A stretch of DNA of 64,000 bases from Octopus sinensis. Its lineage: Eukaryota. The stretch lies in assembly GCF_006345805.1 (NCBI RefSeq), contig NC_042998.1, forward strand, positions 93,062,001-93,126,000, in the 5' to 3' direction. A model generated the notes under the pieces. That model saw nothing but the letters and a program-made list of their open reading frames with translations, was not told the DNA's origin and searched no databases. A program made the position numbers and the translations under genes. This document shows positions 36,348-50,990 of this stretch, one piece after another; positions within the stretch are counted from its first letter, which is position 1, and every line of letters starts with the position of its first letter.

Positions 36348-37480
36348 TACTACTACTACTACTACTACTACTATTACTACTACTACTACTACTTTTGCTA
36401 CTGCCACTGCTGCTAGAATAAGAATAGCCTGGGCAATGTTCAGAGTAGACTGCATGACGTATATGTGCGAACAGCTATGCTACATAGTGAAATATGGGCT
36501 GTGACTGCTGAGGACATGCATAAGCTTGCAAGGAATGAAGCCAGTATGTCCGCTGGATGTGTAATGTCAGTGTGCATACACCACAGAGTGTAAGTGCCCT
36601 GAGAGAAAAGTTGGACTTAAGAAGCATCAGATGTGGTGTGCAAGAGAGACGACTGTGCTGGTATGGTCATGTGTTGTGAATGGATGAGGAGGGCTGTGTG
36701 AAAAAGTGTCTCACCCTAGCAGTTGAGGGAACCTGTGGTAGAGGTAGACCCCAAAAGACCTGGGATAGGTGGTGAAGCACAACCTTCAAACATTGGGCTT
36801 TACCGAGGCAATGACAAGTGACCAAGACCTTTGGGGATATGCTGTGCTTGAGAAGACCCAGCAAGCCAAGTGAGACCATAACAGTGGCCTATACCAGTGC
36901 TGTATAACCAGCCCATTTAAGGGTACCCTTCAATCATTGGCCAATAAACTACACTTGCAAAGACCTGTTGAGGCGAGTGAAATCGTTGTTGTGGCAGATG
37001 ACAGTACTGCTTGATTGGCACCCATGCCAGTGGAATGTTAAAGCACCGTTTGAGTGTGATTGTTGCCAGGGCCACTGACTGGCAACTGTGCCAGTGACAT
37101 GTAAAAAGCACCATTCAAGTGTGATTGTTGCCAGCATTGCCTGATTAGCTCCTTTGTCAATGGCATGTTTAAAAGCACAATTTGTGTGTGGTCGTTGCCA
37201 GTGCCACCAGACTGGTTCCTGTGCAGGTGGCATGTAAAAAGCATCATTTGAGCATGTCGATGCCAGTACCGCATAACTGGCCCTCATGCCAGTGGCATGT
37301 AAAAGCACCCACTATACTGTAGGAGTGGTTGGCATTAGGAAGGGCAACCAGCTGTAGAAACTTTGCCAGATCAGATTGGAGCCTGGTGCAGCCTTCTAGC
37401 TCACCAGTCCCCAGTCAAATCGCCCAAACCATACCAGCATGGAAAGCGGACGTTAAACGGCGATGACGATGATGATGATG
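35822..37480 (+). mobile_element. 5'-truncated RTE-clade LINE with internal (CTA)n insertion, tandem-repeat 3' UTR and (GAT)n tail
   Basis: AITKEFKTKCPWKFLYA..., WPCLICRKGIGRNSIRC..CKLWTHKRCS, DSFHYLGD, ARIRIAW, RLCWYGHV. Confidence 0.9.
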
Positions 37481-37524
37481 ACACATATATATATATATAT
37501 ACACATTATATATACATTCATACT

Positions 37525-37561
<37 letters not shown>

Positions 37562-38502
37562 GCCTTTTTTGCATCAAAAATTACTCTCACCAAATATCAA
37601 AACTGACTGATCTCCATTCAGCTGTGCCAAATTATTAGCGTTGAAACAGCTGCACCCACTCACACCGTTCCACCTTCTAAGTATGTCACTTTACATTCCT
37701 CATACTCCTCTAAACCACAATCTGTAGATCTATCACAATCCATTCCAACATGCAAAAAAAATCAAAACAAAAACAAAACACATCAAAGAACAAATAAAAT
37801 GAATGTGAAAAATGATGATAATTTCAATAATGATAATATCTTTTCTATTTAAGACTATATCAATTTTATATCCTTTAAGCTACTATTAAATTTAGTAAAA
37901 GTAATTGTTTTATTCTCTTGGGAAATGGTTATAAGAATTCTATTTCAATGCTTACTTTGCATTTAATCAGTAGTATCTGTTGGTCTTTGTTCTCAAATAT
38001 ATAATTATGGTAATCTCATGTAAAATTCTTGTACAAAACTTTCTTTTTTTTGTTAACCTGAATGCTGTCGTTGCCACTTTAAAGTGCTAACAACAATAAC
38101 AACAACAATGATGACAACGACGACGACAACAGCAGCAGCAGCAGCAGCAGCTGCAACAACAACAACTTGAAGAATCTCACATGATTACATCGACAACATC
38201 ATCTTACAATAAGCTTAAAATAAGTGAAATAATGAAGATGGTGTTGATGATGATCATGATTATGATGGTGATTGTGGTCATGGTGCTGCAGTCGTTGATG
38301 GTGGTACTACCACCACCACCACCACCACCACTACTACTGCGGCGGCTGCTGCTGCTTCCACCACTACCACCACCACCACCACAACCACCACCACCGCCAC
38401 CGCCACCACCACCATCAATGCTGCTGCTACTGTTACTGCTGCTGCTGTTGCTGCTACTGGTCTTCAACTGCTACTACTACTATTAACAACAACAACAACA
38501 AC

Positions 38503-38892
38503 ACTGATACTAATCTTCTGATCAATGTAGCAATCCCAACAGACTGTGATATATCTCAAAAAGAAATGGTGAAAACATTCAAATATAAAGATCTAGAATC
38601 AGAGATAAACAGAACATAGGATCTGAAAATAGAAAAAAATCCCCATAATAACAGAAAACTGCTTTGGGGCATGATTAAAAACAAAATGCAAACAAATGCA
38701 AAACCAAAACCCCAGGGCTTATAGGGTATACACTAAATTCAGAAAATAGCACTAGTAAGCACTAGAAGCACATTGTATTGAGTACCTTCTATATAATAGA
38801 AAAAAGCAAAAAAAGAAAAATTGCATGTATACAAGGTACTCAAAGCTGTGCTCAATTGTTTAGTGAAAACAATAAATATGAATAAAACTGTT
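38503..38892 (+). mobile_element. R4/Dong-like LINE 3' fragment, old copy
   Basis: Degenerate LINVAIP..ISQKE..KYKDLE; followed by (AAT)n. Confidence 0.6.
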
Positions 38893-38900
38893 GACATAAC

Positions 38901-38953
<53 letters not shown>

Positions 38954-39003
38954 TAATAATAATAATAATGATGATGATAATAATAATAATAATAATGATA
39001 ATA

Positions 39004-39371
39004 AATTGATGAATCAATACCTGCGGATGACAACGTGTCTCTAAAAGAAATGGAGAAACTTTCAAAATACAAAGACCTGGAAATAGAGGTAACCAGAATG
39101 TGGAATCTAAAAACAGAAACAATTCCTATCATAGTAGGTGCATTAGGCATGATAAAAAAATATTCAGACAAATACATAACAAAAACACCAGGACTTACAA
39201 ACACATATAACATACAGAAAATTGCACTACTAGGCACTGCACACATCCTACGCAGAACACTTTCCATACAATAACCATCAGAGCATCACAACAAATCACA
39301 GCACATACCTAAGGCACACAGAGCTGCGCTCGGTAGTGAAGTGAAAGCACGCTATAAAAATAAAACTACTG
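39004..39371 (+). mobile_element. R4/Dong-like LINE 3' fragment within (AAT)n
   Basis: NVSLKEMEKLSKYKDLEIEVTRMWNLKTETIPIIVGALG; ends ..ataaaactactg followed by aataat. Confidence 0.9.
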
Positions 39372-39378
39372 AATAATG

Positions 39379-39424
<46 letters not shown>

Positions 39425-39425
39425 T

Positions 39426-39462
<37 letters not shown>

Positions 39463-39484
39463 TAATAATAATAATAATAATAAT

Positions 39485-40792
39485 GAACACTAAATGAACT
39501 GACCAAAATATAAACAGCTACAATATCCTTAACTGGACACTAAATGAACTGACCAAAATAGATAGGAAAACAAGAAAAATAATGACAGGATCTAGGATGC
39601 ATCGCCCAAAATCTGACATAGAAAGGCTATATATACAACGTATAGAAGGTGGTAGAGGCCTTATACAGCTGGAAAACTACTATAAAATAACCACCATAGG
39701 ACTGCAAAAATATCTACTTCAGAAGGAAGGAAAACTGGTACAAATAGCAGCAAAACACGAGCAAAACAAAAAACTGTTTTCAGTATTTAAGGAAGCTAAC
39801 AAATATAAACAAGAAATCATACCACCTAACAAATATGAAGAAGAAGAAGAAGATGAAGAAACAACAAAAGCTATAAAACAAATGAAATCCAAACTAAAAC
39901 TAGAAGAGCAACGAACCATGATAAAACGATGGCAAGAAAAGCCCCTTCATGACAAATACTGGACTAAACTAAATGCAAAAGAAATAGACAAAGAAAAATC
40001 CCAGCAATAGTTGAGAAGCACAGGACTCAAAGCAGAGACAGAGGGATTTTTAATTGCAGCACATGAACAAAGCCTCCCCACCAGAAATTACCAAAAACAT
40101 GTAATGAAAAGAAATATAACAAGTAACTGTAGAATATGTGGAGATGGACAAGAAACAATAGATTATATTATCTCTGGCTGCCCAGTCCTGGTTAAGAAAG
40201 AATATATTCACAGACACAACAGAGTTGGGACCTACATACATTGGAAGCTATGCCAACATTATGGAATAACAACAGAAAAAAGATGGTATAGGCACACACC
40301 AGAAAAGGTCACAGAAAACGAGAAAACAACCATACTCTGGGATATGCCAATACACACAGATAGAGATATTAAGGCCAACAGACCAGATATAGTTGTCAGA
40401 GATCATGAAAAAAAAATGCTTTCTAATTGATGTATCAATACCAGCAGATGACAACGTGTCTCTAAAAGAAATGGAGAAAATTTCAAAGTACAAAGACCTG
40501 GAAATAGAGGTACCCAGAATGTGGAATCTAAAAACAGAAACAATTCCTATCACAGTAGGTGCATTAGGCATCATAAAAAAATATTCAGACAAATACATAA
40601 CAAAAACACCAGGACTTACAAACACATATAGCATACAGAAAATTGCACTACTGAGCACTACACACATCCTATGCAAAACGCTTTCAATACAGTAACCCTC
40701 AGAGCATCACAAAAAATCACAGCACATACCCAAGGCACACAGAGCTGTGCTCGGTAGTGAAGTGAAAGCACACTATAAAAATAAAACTACTG
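39485..40792 (+). mobile_element. R4/Dong-like LINE, 5'-truncated (RT C-terminal region, CCHC knuckle, restriction-like endonuclease)
   Basis: HPKSDIERLYI.R..GGRGL; CRICG...ETIDYIISGC...RH; NRPDIVV..CFLIDVSIP..KE.EKISKY; flanked by (AAT)n on both sides. Confidence 0.92.
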
Positions 40793-41048
40793 AATAATAA
40801 AAATAATAAAAACAACAACAGCAACAACAATAATAATAATTATTATTATTATAATCCTTTCTGCTATAGGTAAAAGACCTGAAATTTTGGTGAAAGAGTA
40901 AGTCAATTACATCAGCGTCAGTGCTCAACTGGTACTTATTTCACTGACTCCAAGAGAATGAAAGGCAAAACGTAAAGCAGGAAGAAATGCCAACAAGCAT
41001 TTTGCCTTATAAGCGGTTTGCTGATGATTCAGCCAGTTCACCTTTGCG

Positions 41049-41104
<56 letters not shown>

Positions 41105-41105
41105 C

Positions 41106-41154
<49 letters not shown>

Positions 41155-42288
41155 GTACAACCTCTAAGAATTCTAAAAGATAATTGACAGAGATTAAAAT
41201 GTGGTTCATAAGTGCAGTCATTAAAAAAGATGTTTTAGAAATATTGCTATTACTGAACTAAAAAAAAACTCTGCTCGTAATCTGGCAATTTAGTATGATT
41301 TTGTAGCTATTCTTCATTTGAGGTTGTGTTTCTGTTTTATTTTCTAAAATTCTCTTTTACCAATTTTCAAGTTTTGTAGATCAATTTGATATTTTTTTTT
41401 TCTTCCTATATATTTCCAACAATAATTCATATAAGTAGTTTTCAAAAGTTTTAGTGAGTTACAAGAAAATTACAATATGCTGTTTTTCTTGCACTTCATA
41501 TTTTGATAATGATTTATAAATTGATGCTTTCTGTTGAGTTTTGAAAATGTTTTCTTAACTACCATTGTTATTATAATTAAAATTGATTTCACTGTAATTT
41601 CTGACAGCTTTTGAGCCAGTCACTCAGCTGGTACTGCAAATTTATCTCAAAAATATATGAAGTTTAATAGCTAAACATATTTACATGAATGAGTTCTTCA
41701 CAATAACTTATGCCTTCATTAAAAATAAAAAAATAAAACGACTGATGGCGATCAAAGAGATTAAGTGATACTTACTTTTAAGAAGCAGGAGTTGAGTCAT
41801 CAATCATTTTCTTCTCTCTCAATAATTTTTGAAGTGTCTGAAACTTATTAAATCATACATTCCAAAGTAACTTTTAAGCTAAATTTACATGTTATTATTG
41901 CCAGTCATGATATTTTACATGTTAACTTGAATTAAATCTTTTGTGCTAAATAATTCAAAGTTTATTTTTTAAAGCAATTTGCAAGAGAGTTTAAAAAGAA
42001 CTGAAACTCTTGACGTGTTCATATGTGTTAATATTTCAATGTCTCTCTCTATCTCTCTTTCTCCCTCTCTCTTACTCTGCATATACACACATGCATGCAT
42101 ATGCGTGTGTATGTATGTATACATGTATGCCTGTCTGTATGTGTGTGTGTGAGTGTGTGTGTGTGTGTATCCCTCTCTCTCTCTCAGAGAGGCACAAGCA
42201 CCTACACACATATATACATATGTGGCAGTAAGTTCCGCCTACCAAATTCAATCACAAAGCTTTTTGTGTATACATACATACATATATA

Positions 42289-42340
<52 letters not shown>

Positions 42341-42410
42341 TCATATATATACATATACATTTGCATAAATGGATGCATGCATGAGTGTATGAAATTATGT
42401 ATATATATAC

Positions 42411-42454
<44 letters not shown>

Positions 42455-43355
42455 ATATATATACACACTCGCATACATATGTATATATTTGTTCATGTGT
42501 ATGTGAGTGTGTGTGTCTGTGAGTTAAATAATATATGTCCTCAGTAAGAAGACTCTTCAATAAGTATAGACATATGAAATAATAAAACAGAAAATACGTT
42601 ACTTAATAAGAAACTACATCCTGCCCCCTTCTGCAGCCTCAGGAAATATTTAAGAATGGCAGCTTTGAATGTTGAGTATATTTTCAGTCTTATTTTTCTT
42701 TGTAATCTTTCACTAATTGGTTTGGAAGCTTAGGAAAATTCGATGACTACTTCTGGTAACTATTCTAAAGAATGCTATAGTTTGGTAGAATTACAGGCCC
42801 AAATGAACTTACAAGTAAAATTTGCTTCTTTCCTTTTTTTCTTTTTGCTATTATAGAATTCTGACTTGAGTCTATAGTTGTTACAAAACAAGAATTCTGC
42901 TTTTGTAACTTTGGAATGCAGATTACATTGTGTACTTAAATATCACTCATTCTTTCTCCACATTAATCTCTCCTGAAAGTACAATTTATTTTCAGTGAAT
43001 TTATCTCATTAAGAGTTAGAATAACCATTGAGATATACATTATTAGGTGGTATATAAGACATTTTTTATCCCAAAATGTCTCAAAAAAATTCACATCTAG
43101 ATCCTTGGGCCTATATTTCATTTTTTTAATATACTAAAAACTCATTTTCCTGAATAAGTGCTGCTGGAATTGGGATGTGTCTAATATGCACTGTGCATCT
43201 CTTATGTCATCAAATATGGTACGTTACAGATAACATGGTTTAATGTATGGAGTGACTATCCTTGTGTTCAATTTAGCCATTTACCATTTTACTGGTTTAC
43301 ATCAAGGTTGATGCCTCATTAATGAGGGGTTTTCTGTGATTCTCATGCAGTTGTA

Positions 43356-43735
43356 GGTATGACTGTGTGGTTAAGAAGCTTGCTTTGCAACTGCATGGTT
43401 TTGGGTTCAGTCCCACTGTACAACACCTTGGGCAAGTAGTATCTATTATAACCGAGACTGACTAATGCCTTGTAAGTGTATTTGATTGATGGAAATTGTG
43501 TAGAAGCCTATTTTATATGTATGTATGTATATGAGTGTGTGTCTTTGTGCTTGTCTCACCACCACCACAACATTTGACAACTGATGTTTATACCTCCATA
43601 ACTTAGTGGTTTGGTGAAGAGGACCAAGAAAGTAAGTACCATAAAAAATATATACTGAGGTCAATGTGTCTAACCAAACCCTTCAAGATGGTACACCAGC
43701 ATGGCCACATTCCAATGACTGAAACAAGTAAAAGA
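43356..43735 (+). mobile_element. SINE family A, diverged
   Basis: Collinear with 1694-2094. Confidence 0.7.
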
Positions 43736-44229
43736 TGAAGGACAGACTAAATACACTACAATCTAAATGCTCACTAATCATTGCCTGAGAATTTTAGGGG
43801 TGCATTATTTCTTGAGAAGGTGAATGATAGAAATTCTTATATCTTTATTGTCAGACTTTGTATTTCAAAGTCCCAAATTCAATCAATTGAAGAACCAACT
43901 TGGCACCCTGTAATTTAATAACATTAAGAGAAAAAGTAGAATGTGTTGTAAGCTGCAAAAATTATGACATAAGACAGATTGCAATTCCTTTAAGTTCTGT
44001 ACACTGTTGTACTGATCTTAGGAAGTATTTTGGAATTGAGTTGTTCCAGGGAAAAAATTATATTTTAGGTTATGTAGCACTTATATTGGTTCTGCATTAC
44101 AAACAGATGAGAAGCCTGCATCGTCATTGTCGTTGTCAACACTGTTCTCATCATCATCATCATTACCCTCATCTTGATCATCCTCATCATGATCATCCTC
44201 ATCATCATCACCATCATCACCATTTTACA

Positions 44230-44730
44230 GGTATGTGTTGAACAAGTATATAGCATAGCATATCATAATATCATTCATCTGTCTGTCATCACCTATTCTG
44301 TTAACCCCTGTATCTTGATATCTAACTTAACCAGTTCTTTCCTATTCATTCTCTTCTATAAATACCTTTGTCTCAGAGCACTTGAAATTTTCCACTCATC
44401 ATCTATATGCATCACATGTCCAAATCAGTGTAATTGTTTCTCTTGCAAATTTCAGCTCGTGTCTTTATTGCCTAACAAACCCCTCAGTGCACTTGTACTC
44501 TGTCTTTCATGCTACCAGGATCAAACAGATCAGAGTTGTCTCATTCTTCTCAATACATGTTTCTGTAGAACTTCTTTGTGCAGTGCAATATCTTGCTGCA
44601 ATACATTATCACAATTCTTACACATGCTTTATATCATGTGAGACAAAAGCTCTCCTGAATCCCTTCTACATTTTGCTTGCTTTGGCTTACTATTTTTCCT
44701 CTCTTCATGTACAATGCCTACAGGGGATGC
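44230..44730 (-). mobile_element. Old RTE LINE 3' fragment
   Basis: Minus frame LQEKQLH*FGHVMHID; (CAT)n tail at 44140-44225. Confidence 0.6.
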
Positions 44731-45499
44731 AATGACATTTTTTTAGGATAATGAATATCTTGAATATCTTCATTGCCAAAATGTACGAGCATAGAAACAT
44801 TTTTGGACTGATTTGAAACATTACTTTTCCATTATTGGATTTATCTGATTTGACTGATGTGCAGATATAATAATGATAATTATTATTATACTTGCATTTG
44901 TTTTGATATTAAGATCGAAAAATTTGCTCTTATTCATAAAAAATTTGGACCTAGGCTTGTGTTCCCCAAGTAAATTTTGTTCCCATATTTAAGAGTTTCT
45001 ATTTCAAACTTTGAAGTTTTCATGACCTTTTGGTGGAAAGATACAGTATTGATTCCCAACTACTTTCTACCAGTTTATTTAGTTTACTCTAGTCTCTAGG
45101 CCTCCTGAGCCTCACTCTTTAGGTGCATATCCTATTTACCTTTCAGGAAAGAGAACATCAGGTTATGTCCATACACCAGTGGGGCTAGCCCTCCTGTATG
45201 CTAAATTAGGACTTTTGTAGAAGAACTATCACCCCAGGCTGGTGTGAGGAAGTGATAACTAAGAGGCAACTGAATACTTTCTAAAATTCCTCAGCTCCCT
45301 GGCTGGAATTTTACTATTGAGTGCAGTTTAATTATCTTGCTCAGGACAATTGATTCTATATTCTTACTATAATGTCCAACCCAGCATTATTTCATTCATT
45401 TAGGAAACAGAACCTAACCAACCAACTTTGTTTTGTGAGAGTTTATAGTAATTCATTTATTTAATTTACAATGTACTTCTATTACTAACTATCTGAAGT

Positions 45500-46950
45500 T
45501 CTAACTCTCTGTCAGTCTATAAGAAATCTCACCGCACCTCTTGTAAATGAACTAAGTATACTGAGTCAAGTTCATGCCAATTTCTTTCTATGAAGCAAAA
45601 CCATATCTTGAATGTTGCAATAATTTTCTGCTCCTTCTTACCAACGAGAATTTATAAGTTTGTAATGTTGAGTTGAACCATACTTTTAGATTTGGAACCA
45701 GGTTGTCAGTAAACACAACTTTCAAGGAGAACTAATCCTAAACTCAACAAATTTAATAAAAGATGGCGGCTGAGAATTATGATTTTGATAAACATTGACA
45801 TGTACATTAAATTCCTTACTGAACTCACTGCTAATCCTAATCTTGTTAACAGCATCCTCATATATGACTTGTACAACTCATAGAAACCGCTTATCTACAC
45901 TTAATTTTCTTTGCTCTCATCACACTACAGAGGGAGTGGGCCAGTGAAAGACCTTTTTCCTTATCAACAAAAGTAAAGTAATATTGTTTGTCCTTTGCTT
46001 AGAATTTTTCTGGCAGTTATCTCACTAGAAATACGTTATTTGTATTTTCACAACATGAAACAAACTTCATCTTATCCATACAATCATATTCTAAATTAAC
46101 TTTACTTAAACTATTTCAGCTACTTTGAAGTTTAAGGGCCCTATAATTGCTCCTCTCTAATGTCTGTCTTTGCATGTATAGCACTTCCAGTCACTAGTGG
46201 TACCCTCTTCCTCTTTATTTTATTAACTAAGCAAATAACTAATGTGATATATATTGAATGTTGCTTTCAACATCACAACCATTATCTCTCTGACAGAATG
46301 GATGCTTACATTGATTTCATCTTCTTAATAGCTTTACAAACCGAACTGAAGCTAAATCCAATAGCCACCCTCTCTTTTGGTTCCAGTCAGAGTACACTCT
46401 TTCTGTCATTCTCATATTCTTAATTGAACAACTTCTCATAATAGCTTTTATGTTTAGTCTTTTTTTATATTTTGTTTGACACTCCCCACCTTCATTGATA
46501 TTCAGATTCATACAAACACAATGATTTGCAGTTTAGAACATTTCACACAAGCCAGCCTTCTAATGCAAAATAGCAAATCCATGATCAGCTTCTCTTCAAT
46601 CAAGACATGCCTCAATTTGATTTTTACCTCACTTCTTGATATCACTTTTTTGTTCACAGTCCCTGCTTCTTTCAGGCCAGTCTTTTAGCTTTTATAACCC
46701 TATATGCTGTATTATTTTATGGCCATATCACTGCTGTTCAGCTGAAAGTCAGCTTCATTCATATATCCAGTCTATGGTTTATTGTATGTTGTTCCATAAA
46801 GGGTGCCTAGTTGTTCTCTATGATACTGCCATTGATTTTTTAGATTCCTACTGGAACATGTGTCCTCAGATACTTTTGTTAGACAAAAAAAAACTGTTTA
46901 ACTTCCATGCTTTGTTTCTCCAAACCTGTCTTTTGATTTTGTATTTCTTT
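45500..46950 (-). mobile_element. Old RTE LINE RT fragment
   Basis: Minus frame VVQVIYEDAVNKIRISSEFSKEFNVHVNVYQ, resembling the RTE region before VGVHQGS. Confidence 0.6.
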
Positions 46951-48104
46951 ATTCAAAACCCGAATAACTAATCACCACAATCATCTGTCAGTCTTATAGT
47001 AGTCTAGTTGTATGTGATCCATTGGTTGGCAGGCTTTTGAAGATTGAATTGTGGGTAATTGCTATTTGTTTAATCCTTCACTCTTGCCAACTAATAAATC
47101 ATATAAGAACACTTATAACTAGGGAGGAAGCCTCTTCTGAAGTTGACTGATATACTGGAAAAAGCAGTTGAATCTTCCTCAAATTACACCTGTCTTAAAA
47201 GGCACACACTAGATATCATAGACCTACAGATATTATATTTAAAAATAAGATGGGATGTTTAGAGTAAGAACAACTTTAATATAGGTCTGCTTGATCAGAA
47301 CTTGCCTGATGTGAAACAATAAAAACAACAACAAACACAAATCATATAATTTATCTTTATGTTGGCTAGAGGGGAAGGAATGAAGGATTACAAGAAATAA
47401 GTATCTTGGTGCCATGCTAGGTTTGATACCAAACTCTAAAGAAATGTTATAATTATATGAAGGTATTGAAATTGAGTTATCACATCTAAAAGCTAAACAT
47501 AAAACTTTATTATCCTTACAATACCAGAGATAAGCACAATGCCTAAAATATTATAGCTTTAATTTAAAATTACAATTTAATTTTATTTATCTATTTTAAG
47601 TTTTCCTTCTTTCGCTGCTGTGGTTACCAAAATCAAAAACAAAAAAGAAAGAAAGAAAGAGAAAGAGTAAGGAATAATATTCAAGGCAATTGTGGAAATT
47701 TTATAAATGAACATCAAATTGATCATTAGCGATATATGTTAATTGCTTATGACAATCTAAGCAAGTGAAACATTTCTGTCTTTGTGAATAGCGGTAAGTA
47801 ATAATTAATAAAGCTGTGTGTGAATAAATGAAATTTATCTTAGCAAGCTAGCCAAGCACAGCAATACAATTCAGGAATAATTTCATATTATATTAGCTTT
47901 CAGTTAAGAAAAATTCGTCTTTACATTTGAAATCATCGACTTGCTGTGTTTTTGCTTACAACCATTATGGCTGAGAGAACAATGAAACTTTACCGAGAAA
48001 GTATCTACTCATGTGGAAATTTTCATTTGCTTTTGGCTTTATCCATCTTTCTATTTTCATTAACAATTTGATGAAAATACTACTTTGCTGCTTGATAACA
48101 GAGT

Positions 48105-48154
<50 letters not shown>

Positions 48155-49749
48155 ATATATATACACACACACAGATATATATATACACACACACATACAT
48201 ACATACACACACGCACACACTCTCTCACACACACAGACACACATACATGTACATACACACATACACATATATTTTCCCCACACTCCAGCCTTGAAAATTA
48301 GAAGCATTGCTAAAATAAGCAACTTCAATGTTTTTTTCAGGAACAGATAAAACATTTTTGAAATATGATATGACAAAGCAGCTGAATGCTGAGAAGGTCA
48401 TACCCCAGCGTAGTCTACTTTTAATGAAAATGAAAATTGTTTCCTGATATTTGCATTGATGTAATGGAAAAAGAAAATGTGTTGGCATCATTGACAAAGG
48501 TCACAGAATACTGAATTGAAGTTTTCAAAGTTAAACTTTCCTGTTCTTCATTACAATAAAACCTTTTGCGCAAAGAAGCATAAATATTGTTGTTAAACTG
48601 TTTCATAGCAGAGTCAGGTTGGATTCACACCTTGTGAACTTTCTGCTAACATAACAATGATTTGTTCTGTCCAATCTGAAAAATATATATATAAAAAAAA
48701 TACTATTGTATGAAGATAATTTTCCGTCTTTATAAATGAATTTCAGCGTGAATTCGTCTGTAAAGATTTCTATTCCTGAACAACATTAGTGACATGGGAA
48801 AATAATATTTTGTCTTCTTTTCTAACATGCTACATTAAGGACGAGGTTCTATGTAACTATTTTATGGATGTTAGGGTTTGTTTACTAATCTTTCTGGTGA
48901 CTTCGCATTGTTACACAATTATGCTTCATGCAAACTGGAGATAGGGTGCCATTGAAGTGGTAAAGAGTGTGCATATGGAATAAGGGTATGTATGTATGTA
49001 CATGTGTGTGCATGTATGTATGTTCTTTCTGGGTATTATTTTTTGAATGTCTCACTATTGAGAAAATAGCTGGTTTCTAACCTTGAAGCAAAATATTTTC
49101 ATTGGAATTTAGGCATCAAAGGGTAGTCTTGTATATATACATATATGTATGTGTGCACATGCACACATCAGTGCAGTCATGGATGACATTGCATATAAGG
49201 ATCTTATTGCATGCTGAATTTTGTGCATCTTTTGCATATTCTTATAGTACCTTTGTCAACTTGTAATCTTCTGATCAGGCATGTTTTGTGGATCATAGCT
49301 TCTCAAGATAAATAACGAGGCAGTTAATCCCATATTATTATAATGTGACAGTTAATCCTATATTATTAATCCAATTATTTTTGGCCCCAAAAGAGTACCT
49401 GCAGGTTTCTCATCAGTTCAAGTAAATGTTCTCAGTTTTTACTAAACTTTAACATCATGCTGACATCTTTTTCTACTCTAGGCACAAGGCCTGAAATTTG
49501 GGGGAGGGGCCAGTGGATTAGATCGATCCCAGGACGCAACTGGTACTTAATTTACCAACCCTGAAAGAATGAAAGGCAAAGTCGACCTTGGTGGAATTTG
49601 AACTCAGAATGTAAAGACAGACAACATCATGCTGACATCTGCCAGGCCAGTGATTTCCACCCCTATGCATAGTTTCTTTTCTCCTACCCAGATCATTTTG
49701 TCTGGTCTGTTGTGCTTACATTTTATTGAAGTCTTGACAAGGTCATTCT

Positions 49750-50990
49750 ACAAGTATTCTTTTAAATTATGTGTGGTTACACTCTCTACTGTAGCTTCTT
49801 ATAATTGACTCCTTCAGATTATTCTTTCTACAAATTTCATTATACACTGATCTGGCTGTGACATCATTTAAGTAATACTGTGAGAACATTTTCAGACAAC
49901 TACATATGATGTGGGTGACATCCCCAATGTTAGTTCTGCAAACCTTGATCAATCTGCTTAGTTTACCAGCATTCCTATCTCTTTTATGCACCAAGTATTT
50001 TGTGACTAATTCTAGCTCCTGTATTGCAAAAGCCTATATTTCAGACTGAGATTTAACATCTTGCTTGTTAGTCCAAGATAGGCTATACTGGTTGTCAATT
50101 TCGCTATAACTTGAAACATCCTAGGAATATAGTTATGTATGACTTTTTGCTGATATGTCTGCATCTTCTCTTCTGATGACCTTTTGCAGTAAAGTTGTGC
50201 AACTTCTGTAGATTTATATCTTAAGCTATCAGTCAATGAATACCCTTTGAGACATTCTTATCCAGCTCACATGATGTTATTGACCTCTCATATGCAGACT
50301 TGATCCATGACAGGACTTCAACATTTGTTTATTAGTGGACATTGTTGAAAGAACATGATGTAACATTCAAAGGCTGTATGGATCAATGTCAAGCCTTTAC
50401 TGCCTTGTTTTCATTCTAAGTAAAGAAGGGTGACATCATTGTTGATGTGGAAATTCCTGGTGCCGGCTAACAATTTGTGGGATTTAACATCAGTAGCCAG
50501 ATAGCCAGACCACATCTAGTGTTCTATCATATTGCACAAATATTGGTATGAGCACTGATATGATAAATACATTGTGGGCTGAGGGCTGTGGGCTGTCAAT
50601 TTATAGCATGTGAAAAGTTCTGAGGATCATATTTTCTTTATCCTGGTGTTATATTCCCTGGTTTTATGTTCCTTGTAACAAGTTCCATCAAAGGAAATAT
50701 TTAAATTTATTCTTAAGTACCTGTAGAATTCCTTGTCAGGTATTGGTGAAATAGTCAGGTCATTAATAGTTGTGTCATTAGATGGGCTTATAGTTCTTCC
50801 TCACTTTACAGTTATGTATGAGTATATATTCCAGTCAAACTCCACCTCTATATTTTTTGAAAAATGTTGTATCTAGGGCAAGGCCTTCTTTCATGCCCTC
50901 CATGTTCTTGGAATATATTTCAGGTCATCCATAAAGAAACTGTTTTTGTATCAGTTTCTTGCAGTTCAAAACCATGAAGTTCCAAAGTTA
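49750..50990 (-). mobile_element. Degraded RLE-type non-LTR fragment (R4/NeSL-like)
   Basis: CFFMDDLKIYSKN (RT motif C); CRTNIGDVTHIICSC (CCHC knuckle remnant). Confidence 0.65.

Noticed and set aside
37000-37310. Regularly spaced repeats resembling a CRISPR array
   Set aside because: Degenerate tandem units of the RTE 3' UTR; there are no unique spacers or cas genes, and the context is eukaryotic.
48330-48400. Possible small exon (ttttcag ... gaag/gt)
   Set aside because: No supporting neighbouring exons or recognisable peptide.
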